Source: a virus
IMG/VR virus record: IMGVR_UViG_3300025137_005412
Coordinates: 32,001-96,000 of that record
Strand: one strand, 5' to 3'
DNA: 64,000 bases
Made by a program: the position numbers and the translations under genes. Under the pieces are notes generated by a model. It was not told where the DNA came from. It saw nothing but the letters and a program-made list of their open reading frames with translations, and made no database searches. Shown piece after piece: positions 56,898 to 64,000 of this stretch; position 1 is the first letter of the stretch, and each line of letters begins with the position of its first letter.

Positions 56898-58013
56898 ATG
56901 CCAGAGAATTTTGTAAGCTTAAGATACCCAGAGAATCTCGGTACATCATCATCACCTAACTACGTGACATTTTCACCAGTAGAAATTGATTATGGTACAG
57001 GAACAAATTATGGAAACCCAGTAGATCGTGGAAGTGGTGGTTTATTCGGTGGTGGATCAGGTGGAGGTCTTGACATAAATCTTGGTGGTGGTAATCCATT
57101 TAAACAAATTGCAAATCAAATTGGTGGTACATTAACAAGCCTAGCTGATGCAGCCTTAGATTCAATTGATGCTATTGGTAGTATTTTTGAAGCAGGTTCT
57201 TTATCAGCTAAAGCAAGTGCATTTGGTAAAATTGTAAATGGTAAAATTCGTATTGGAGATTTTATACTTTCATCTGGAATTAAAACAACTGCTCCACAAT
57301 TAAACACTAAAGGTTCTATATCATTATATTTACCACAGTCACTCACATCAAATACTTCAGCTAACTATGAGAATAAAGAATTAGGTGCAACAGGTGCAGC
57401 TGCACTCGAAGCAACCTCAGGAACTGATACACTTAACGCATCAGAAGATGCACCAAAGTTGTTGGAGGCATTGTTAGGAGATACTATAAAAAGAACTGGT
57501 CAACTTGGAGATATATTAGCTATTAAAGAAGGTGCTATTGTAAATCCATATTCATACCAATTATTTGGTGGTGTGTCACATAGAACATTTTCATATCAAT
57601 TTGATTTTGTACCAAAGAATGCCAAAGAAGCAAGAGAAGTAGCGAATATATGTGATATGTTTTTATTCTATATGCTTCCATCTAAAGGTATAGGCGATGC
57701 TGAAACTAAATTTTTTAGTCAAAATGAACTTAAAGATGGTGAAGCAGCAACTAAAGATAATATGGGAAGTGAGATAAAAGGAGATTTTGGTAGACATTTC
57801 CTAAAGATGCCATCAATGTGGGAAATCAATTACTTTAGAAATGGTAATGAATTATCTCATGTACAAAAACCAAATAAATGTTTTATGGATACATGTAATA
57901 TTACTTATGGTGGAGATTCTGGTAATCTTTTACATTCTGATGGTTCACCAGTAAAAACTACAATTGAAATGTCATTCACAGAAGTTGAACCATTGGTAAG
58001 AGGTCGTCAGTAA
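56898..58013 (+). CDS. 48: Baseplate tail-tube cap gp48
   Basis: LRYP, I.LYLP, NP...LF.GV..R.F.Y.F.F.PKN..E, F.E.E. Confidence 0.85.
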   Translation: MPENFVSLRYPENLGTSSSPNYVTFSPVEIDYGTGTNYGNPVDRGSGGLFGGGSGGGLDINLGGGNPFKQIANQIGGTLTSLADAALDSIDAIGSIFEAGSLSAKASAFGKIVNGKIRIGDFILSSGIKTTAPQLNTKGSISLYLPQSLTSNTSANYENKELGATGAAALEATSGTDTLNASEDAPKLLEALLGDTIKRTGQLGDILAIKEGAIVNPYSYQLFGGVSHRTFSYQFDFVPKNAKEAREVANICDMFLFYMLPSKGIGDAETKFFSQNELKDGEAATKDNMGSEIKGDFGRHFLKMPSMWEINYFRNGNELSHVQKPNKCFMDTCNITYGGDSGNLLHSDGSPVKTTIEMSFTEVEPLVRGRQ

Positions 58014-58669
58014 TGTCTTATTTTAAAAACTTCCAAAGAATAGTATACGAATTTCCTGATGATGTTAAGAGAGTAATTACAGACTTATCAATAAGACCAA
58101 AATTTAGAGATAATATTCTAGAGAATGTAAACAATTTTGAATTTTATAATGTAAGAGATGGTGATACACCAGAGATCATTGCTTATGAACAATATGGTGA
58201 TGTTGAATTACATTGGGCTATATTAATTGCAAATAATGTTATGAGTATCTATAATGATTGGGTAAAAGATCAGAACCAATTTCAAGAGTTTCTTTTTCAA
58301 AAATATAAAACACAAAGTGATAGTGATGGAGTTGCAGTGACTTTATCTAAGGTTGGAGTCACAGAGTACATACAATTTGTAGGTACTTCTTCAAATGACT
58401 TTTCAAGTTATGTCACAGGCACTAGTGTTAAAACAAGACCACATCATTTTGAAGATACAAATAAAGTAGTTTACTCTTATGATAGTATTGTAAATAATGG
58501 TTCACTTAAAGATGCATTTGGAAATGGAATATCATATCCAACAGTATCTCCAGTATCAATTGAAACTGTAGAAGATAGATTAAATGAAGAGAAAAGACAA
58601 ATCATTATTCCATCAAGAGCAGTAATCGATAAATTGCGTAAAGAAATCAAAGAGTATATAAATGGCTAA
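58013..58669 (+). CDS. 53: Baseplate wedge gp53
   Basis: MSYF..F, Y...DGDTPE.IA...YG...LHW.IL..N, E...NE.KR.I. Confidence 0.9.
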   Translation: MSYFKNFQRIVYEFPDDVKRVITDLSIRPKFRDNILENVNNFEFYNVRDGDTPEIIAYEQYGDVELHWAILIANNVMSIYNDWVKDQNQFQEFLFQKYKTQSDSDGVAVTLSKVGVTEYIQFVGTSSNDFSSYVTGTSVKTRPHHFEDTNKVVYSYDSIVNNGSLKDAFGNGISYPTVSPVSIETVEDRLNEEKRQIIIPSRAVIDKLRKEIKEYING

Positions 58670-59858
58670 CACAGGTAATTTCCCTGGAAAATGGGAACTA
58701 AAGAAATGCGAAGTAGCAAGAAGTGGATCTGGTCTAGAGATCACATCGCTCGTTTCTGAATTCAATGTATATGCATCTATTATAGATCCAACAATTGTTG
58801 GTGAATTACTTATTATAGATGGACAAAATTTACTTTCAGGAATGCCAGTTCAAGGAGGTGATATTATAAAACTAACTGTTGAAATAACTGGTGAAATAAG
58901 AGAATACAAATTACAGATTGCGCAAATAAAAAATATAAGTGATCTTGAAACTCAAAGAATGTATGTATTTCAATGTGTTTCTATATTCTTCTTTGAAAGC
59001 TTTCATCAAAAGTTCTCTCAATCATTTAAAGGACCACTATCTGAAACAGCTTTAACTATATTTAAAAAATACACTGATGAAAAGTATGGAATATGGGAAG
59101 GTTCTAAGGGATCTGAAACAGTTATTATTCCTAATTGGAATCCTATTAAAGCATTAACTTGGTTGGCTGCAAGATCTGAATCATTAGAACAAGCTGTAAG
59201 ATTTAGATTCTTTCAAGATACTAAGGGTAAATTTAATTTTATGCCAATCGAAAAGGCACTTACTAATTATAAAGATAATCCACCATTTGAATTTGTATAT
59301 CGTGGAAATAAATCTGGTATTGGTTCAGCAACACAAACAGATGAAGATTTTCATGCTATCAAAAATTTAAACTTCAATCCATCATCTTATGATTTAGGAA
59401 AAGCTTTGAGAGAAGGTTATTTAAAAGCAAGATCTTATGGCATTAATATTACTAATAAGACACAAACAATAATTGACTATGATTACTTTGCAGAATTTGA
59501 TTCAAAAGATTATCTGAATGATTTTCCAAGTTATTATAAAAAAGATTTTAATGTTGGTAAAATTAAGATGGATTTAATTACATCTTCTGGTAAGCAAAAA
59601 AGTATTTCAGATTTAAGAAGAACTACTGTGACCGATTATAATCAGATGGTACAAATTACAATATTTGGTAATTCAGAAATTGATATTGGTCAAGTTGTAG
59701 ATCTTGATATTCCAAATCCAGATCCAGCCAACAAGTCAGATCAGGATAAATTATGGTCTGGTAAATATTATGTAATAGGAAAAAGAGATCTATATACTGG
59801 TGATAATTGTAATATGGTTCTTGATTGTGCAAAAGAAAGTATGGGTATGCAGTTATGA
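58662..59858 (+). CDS. Baseplate hub protein (gp27-like)
   Basis: Between genes 53 and 5; IPNW.P..A..WL, FFQ, G.S....G, SGKY. Confidence 0.6.
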   Translation: MANTGNFPGKWELKKCEVARSGSGLEITSLVSEFNVYASIIDPTIVGELLIIDGQNLLSGMPVQGGDIIKLTVEITGEIREYKLQIAQIKNISDLETQRMYVFQCVSIFFFESFHQKFSQSFKGPLSETALTIFKKYTDEKYGIWEGSKGSETVIIPNWNPIKALTWLAARSESLEQAVRFRFFQDTKGKFNFMPIEKALTNYKDNPPFEFVYRGNKSGIGSATQTDEDFHAIKNLNFNPSSYDLGKALREGYLKARSYGINITNKTQTIIDYDYFAEFDSKDYLNDFPSYYKKDFNVGKIKMDLITSSGKQKSISDLRRTTVTDYNQMVQITIFGNSEIDIGQVVDLDIPNPDPANKSDQDKLWSGKYYVIGKRDLYTGDNCNMVLDCAKESMGMQL

Positions 59859-61162
59859 TGTTAGATGGAAGAATGTATTGGTTTTCTGGTGTTGTTGAGG
59901 ATAGAAATGATCCAGAAAGAATGGGTAGAGTTAAAGTAAGAATTCACGGTGTTCATACTGATAATAAAGATTTAATACCTACAGAAGATTTACCTTGGTC
60001 ACAAGTAATGATGCCTATAACATCTGCATCACTCGCGGGTGTAGGTACGTCTGCGACTGGAATTGTACCAGGTTCATGGGTAGTAGGTTATTTTATTGAT
60101 GGAGCTGATATGCAAGAGAGTATTATTATGGGTACTCTACCATCAAAACCATATATAAAAAATCCTGAGATTGGATTCTTTGATCCTAAAGGACAACATC
60201 CAACAAGATCAGATGGTGTAGATACACCTGACTCAGCTTTAACAAGTAAGTTTAGTGAGCATCCATCATATGTCGAGAAGGTAGATAAAAGACAAACAAA
60301 AGTAGAGACTGCTACTCCACCATGGCTTCGAACCGTAACTATAGATGAAGAAGATGATCCTAAGTTTACAAGACCTACATGGGATATGCCAGAAATACAA
60401 AGAGGTTTTGAACCATCTTATCCATTTAATAAAGTCACTGAAACAGAAAGAGGTCATGTATTTGAAGTAGATGATACTCAAGGAAATGAAAGAATTTCAA
60501 TGTATCATAGAGGTGGTACTAACTTTGAAATTCAGGATAATAGTGATATGACTTCAACTATTGTTGGTGATAATTATACAGTAGTGTTTGGTAATGATAA
60601 GATATATGTAAAAGGTAATGTAGATATTACAATCGATGGAGATGTAAGAGAACTCATTAAAGGTAATTACCATTTAGAAGTTGAGAAAGATTATACTGTA
60701 AATGTAAAAGGATCACGTGAAACAGCAATTGGTGGTAATGAATTATTAGAAGTTGGTCGAGCTTATTCATCAAATATAAATCTCGATTATACAACAAGAA
60801 TTGGTGGTCATGAAATAAGAGTTGTAGATAAATCAAGAAATACAACTATTGGTGATTCAGAAGATTTAACAGTCACAACTAATATGAATGAGATTGTTTC
60901 TGGTAAGAGAGATATGTTTACAAAGGATGAACATACACAAGTGATTACAGACAAATTAAATATATCAGCACTAGGTGATATTACTGTAGGTACTAAAGCG
61001 AATCATGTAGAAACTATTAAGGGTACTAGAACAGAAGTTATTGATGGTGCTGTAGGTGAAACCTATAAAGATGGACAAACAACAAATGTCACTGGCACAA
61101 TAGATATAGATGCTACTGAAGATGTTGATATGGATACTGGAGGCAATATACTGTTAAACTAA
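59855..61162 (+). CDS. 5: Baseplate hub/spike gp5 (OB fold plus beta-helix, no lysozyme domain)
   Basis: WF.GVVEDR.DP...GRV.VR..G.H, LPW, YPFNKV.ETE.GH..E.DDT, V.G repeats. Confidence 0.92.
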   Translation: MMLDGRMYWFSGVVEDRNDPERMGRVKVRIHGVHTDNKDLIPTEDLPWSQVMMPITSASLAGVGTSATGIVPGSWVVGYFIDGADMQESIIMGTLPSKPYIKNPEIGFFDPKGQHPTRSDGVDTPDSALTSKFSEHPSYVEKVDKRQTKVETATPPWLRTVTIDEEDDPKFTRPTWDMPEIQRGFEPSYPFNKVTETERGHVFEVDDTQGNERISMYHRGGTNFEIQDNSDMTSTIVGDNYTVVFGNDKIYVKGNVDITIDGDVRELIKGNYHLEVEKDYTVNVKGSRETAIGGNELLEVGRAYSSNINLDYTTRIGGHEIRVVDKSRNTTIGDSEDLTVTTNMNEIVSGKRDMFTKDEHTQVITDKLNISALGDITVGTKANHVETIKGTRTEVIDGAVGETYKDGQTTNVTGTIDIDATEDVDMDTGGNILLN

Positions 61163-61596
61163 TGAATGAACTTTTAAACTCAGAAATACTAAACATTTGG
61201 AATTTGCTCGGACCATGGGCTGCTATCATAGGTTCTATAATAGTTGGTATGTGGATAAAGGATTGGTCTACAGGATTTGCAAAAGGTGCTAGATTCAGAA
61301 TGAGTAAATCATTTAATGAAGGTGATAAGGTATTATTAGAAGGAAAGCCTGCACTTATTATAAAGATTGGATTTACTGAAACAGTATTTGGAATCTATAA
61401 TGAAGATGGTTATACATGGAGATATGTGCAGAATGAAAGAATACCATTTCTTAAATTAGAAAAAATTGTAGATAAAGATCTACATCAAGATACAGATGCA
61501 GAAAAAGCACAGAAGATAATTGACACAATACAAAATGTAGAGATCGCTAAGAATGCGAAAGAGATTGAGGCTATGAAGAATGGCAAAAAAAAATAA
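61162..61596 (+). CDS. Small membrane protein, MscS-like beta domain
   Basis: TM followed by F.EGD.V..EG....I.KIG...T.F. Confidence 0.5.
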   Translation: MNELLNSEILNIWNLLGPWAAIIGSIIVGMWIKDWSTGFAKGARFRMSKSFNEGDKVLLEGKPALIIKIGFTETVFGIYNEDGYTWRYVQNERIPFLKLEKIVDKDLHQDTDAEKAQKIIDTIQNVEIAKNAKEIEAMKNGKKK

Positions 61597-62137
61597 ATTC
61601 CTCTCAAAATTAACAATGGCTTATATTAATATGCCTGAACCACATGCGGTTTCTAAAGAAGCTGTTGAATATGTTGTATCAGAAATAGAAACAAGAAATA
61701 AGTTTTGGGATGCTTCAGTCGCTGCACATGATGAAGATCCTTCATTTGCTGTAAGAGAATATTGTAAAGAGAATGGTTTGGATTTTCCTAAAGAAGTTTA
61801 TACCCTAGAAGATGAAGCAGTAGAAACTATTAAGTTCTTTAAAAGAAAGTTTGCACAAGATAGACCTTATGAAGCAGCAAGAAAATTAGGTATGCCAGAA
61901 CTAGATAGATTACCTAGCAAAACAAATAAAACAAGATCATATCCAAGTGGTCATTCAACACAGGGTTATCTGGCTGGATTATATGTAGCTCAAGAAAATC
62001 CTGAACATGCTGATAAAATAATGGCTGCAAGTTTAGAATGTGGAATTGGTAGAATAAAAGCTGGATTCCATTATTTAAATGATCATCATGGTGGTATTCA
62101 TTTAGCTCAAGAAATATTTAGATTGATACAGAAATGA
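61580..62137 (+). CDS. PAP2-family phosphatase
   Basis: K.......RP, SYPSGH, R..AG.HY..D. Confidence 0.85.
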   Translation: MAKKNKFLSKLTMAYINMPEPHAVSKEAVEYVVSEIETRNKFWDASVAAHDEDPSFAVREYCKENGLDFPKEVYTLEDEAVETIKFFKRKFAQDRPYEAARKLGMPELDRLPSKTNKTRSYPSGHSTQGYLAGLYVAQENPEHADKIMAASLECGIGRIKAGFHYLNDHHGGIHLAQEIFRLIQK

Positions 62138-62739
62138 AAAGTTTTGCACAAATATTACAAGAAGAAGCTGGTAAAGGTTTAACTGTATTTGATATTGATG
62201 ATACATTATTTAGAACTTCTGCTAAAGTAAAAGTTAAAAATAAAAAAACAGGAGATGTAAAAGAACTTCCACCACATAAGTTTAATAAGTATAAGTTGAA
62301 GAAAGATGAAGAGTGGGATTTTGGTGAGTTTAAATCTGCAAAGATATTTCAGCAGACAGCTATGCCAATTGGTAGAATGGTAAAGAAAGCAAAAGCTATA
62401 ATTAGAAATGCTACAAGAAGAGGTTCTAAAGTAATTATAATTACAGCTCGATCTGATATGGATGATAGAGACTTATTTTTAGATACTTTCCGCGCGCACG
62501 GAATTGATATTGATAAGGTACATGTTGAGAGAGCTGGAAATCTTGGTGGTAGTGCAGCTGCAGCTAAGAAAAAAATATTTCAAAAGTATCTGAGTTCAGG
62601 TGACTTTGAGAGAGTGCGATTTTTTGATGATGATAAAACTAACTTGAAGAGCTTTTTGTCTCTTAAGAAAGAATATTCTGAAGTTGACTTTTCTGCCTTT
62701 CAAGTACAAAATAACGGCACAGTTAGGAGTGTTAAATAA
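62134..62739 (+). CDS. HAD-superfamily phosphatase
   Basis: FDIDDTL, ITAR, K, FFDD...NL. Confidence 0.82.
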   Translation: MKSFAQILQEEAGKGLTVFDIDDTLFRTSAKVKVKNKKTGDVKELPPHKFNKYKLKKDEEWDFGEFKSAKIFQQTAMPIGRMVKKAKAIIRNATRRGSKVIIITARSDMDDRDLFLDTFRAHGIDIDKVHVERAGNLGGSAAAAKKKIFQKYLSSGDFERVRFFDDDKTNLKSFLSLKKEYSEVDFSAFQVQNNGTVRSVK

Positions 62740-63140
62740 TGTACGAATATAGATGTAAAATATTAAGAGTAATTGATGGCGATACTGCGGATGTAGATAT
62801 TGATTTAGGTTTTGGAGTGTGGATGCACAAAGAAAGAGTAAGATTCCATGGAATTGATACACCTGAATCTAGAACAAGAGACTTAGTAGAAAAGAAATAT
62901 GGTCTTGCTGCGAAAGCTTTTGTTCAAAAGTATTTACCTAAAGGATCAGCACAAACTCTTGTGACTCAAAAAGATGGTACTGGTAAATTCGGTAGAATCT
63001 TAGGTAAATTTAAACTAGATGATGGGACTATGCTTGGAGAACTTATGATTCAAGAAGGTCATGCTGTAGAGTATCATGGACAATCAAAAGAAGAGATTGC
63101 TGAGGCTCATATAAAAAATAGGGAGATAGTAAAGATATGA
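62739..63140 (+). CDS. Thermonuclease (SNase-like)
   Basis: VIDGDT, R..GIDTPE, GKFGR.L. Confidence 0.9.
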   Translation: MYEYRCKILRVIDGDTADVDIDLGFGVWMHKERVRFHGIDTPESRTRDLVEKKYGLAAKAFVQKYLPKGSAQTLVTQKDGTGKFGRILGKFKLDDGTMLGELMIQEGHAVEYHGQSKEEIAEAHIKNREIVKI

Positions 63141-63207
63141 CATTTCTAATTATGATAGGTGTGACTATTATCATGTTATGGGTTATTAGTTCAGCAGCAG
63201 GTCTATA

Positions 63208-63504
63208 ATGCCAGGCGTAACTCGATTAGGTGATAAACATTCTGGACATGCAAGTCCAACACCAAATCCATTTCATCAAACCGCCTATGTTGGTGGTTCA
63301 GGTAATGTATTTGCTAATGCGAAAAATGTAATGAGAGCAAATCAAGATTCTACATCATGTGGAGATCCGGCTGTGGCTGGTTCTAGTAAGGTATTTGTAA
63401 ATACAAAACCAGTGCATAGAATTGGAGATGCAACTGGTGGTCATGGTAGTTGGGTACCAAACTCATCTGCTGAAGGTTCTGGAAACGTAATAGCAGGAGG
63501 ATAA
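63208..63504 (+). CDS. PAAR spike-tip protein (gp5.4-like)
   Basis: RLGD...H, GS..VF.N, R.GD...H, GS.NV.AG. Confidence 0.88.
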   Translation: MPGVTRLGDKHSGHASPTPNPFHQTAYVGGSGNVFANAKNVMRANQDSTSCGDPAVAGSSKVFVNTKPVHRIGDATGGHGSWVPNSSAEGSGNVIAGG

Positions 63505-63505
63505 T

Positions 63506-64000
63506 ATGGTTTTAAAATGTGGTACTAATGAAGCTTTAAAAGGTCTTACAGATAAGACTAAAGAAGTGGCTGATACGTTAAAGAATGCCGTGAACCTTGA
63601 TGAGTTAGAAGCTTTCAAAGCAAAAGCTGAAGGTATAGCTGAAGATGTTAAAGGTAAATTAGTTTCTCAAATACCAAAACCTAAAAACTTACAAACTGAA
63701 CTAGCAGCTTTAGGTAAATTAGGAGATGCAGTAAGTGTAGGACTTGCTGTAGCTGCTATTGAAAAAGATTTTGGTAAAGGATTAGCTGCTGGTGTTTTAA
63801 CTGGTGCATTAAAAAATATTGTTCCACCACTTTTACAAGGAGCGGCTGGAGTTATACAAGGTGCTGAAGATGCATTATCAGGTGCGTTAGCAGGTGCTGG
63901 AAAATCATTTGATGTATGCAAAAATGTTCCTAATCTTGAAATAGATGATTCAGGTGAACCTGTAGAAAAAGCAAAAGTAGAAGCTAAAGCAGACGGCCCT
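63506..64000 (+). CDS. Ala/Gly-rich hypothetical protein (3'-truncated)
   Basis: RBS GGAGG, ATG at 63506, frame open to window end. Confidence 0.6.
   Translation, partial: MVLKCGTNEALKGLTDKTKEVADTLKNAVNLDELEAFKAKAEGIAEDVKGKLVSQIPKPKNLQTELAALGKLGDAVSVGLAVAAIEKDFGKGLAAGVLTGALKNIVPPLLQGAAGVIQGAEDALSGALAGAGKSFDVCKNVPNLEIDDSGEPVEKAKVEAKADGP

Noticed and set aside
1-64000. Short antisense or nested ORFs in the track; tRNA, rRNA, introns, inteins
   Set aside because: Shadow ORFs overlap well-supported genes; no cloverleaf or rRNA was seen and core genes have normal lengths.

Overview
AT-rich segment of a large T4-like myovirus genome, probably marine. The host is likely a Gram-negative proteobacterium (inferred from KdsA, CsgF/CsgG, AOX and IHF-consensus sites); gene content recalls SAR11-type myophages but the host cannot be fixed from sequence. 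Core T4-like genes: uvsX, 41, rnh, 32, 59, 33, a primase Zn-finger fragment, 2, 4, 26, 51, 48, 53, 5 and PAAR. Accessory content: (i) a hydroxymethylcytosine DNA-modification system (gp42-like hydroxymethylase, alpha-glucosyltransferase homolog) with extra sugar-nucleotide enzymes; (ii) a late operon joining curli secretion genes (CsgF, CsgG, two curlin-repeat proteins, one with a PA14-like domain) to a FecR protein and a CHASE2 adenylyl cyclase, the best candidate for a new trans-envelope signalling system; (iii) redox/envelope genes (AOX, Prx, Grx, degenerate SOD, IscU, ClpX, desaturase); (iv) an early region with repeated promoter cassettes, IHF-consensus boxes, a candidate structured RNA, a sigma-70-type factor and a 2.6-kb zone almost free of A4/T4 runs. 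No tRNA, rRNA, CRISPR array or transposase was seen. All calls come from motif recognition by eye; no searches were run.
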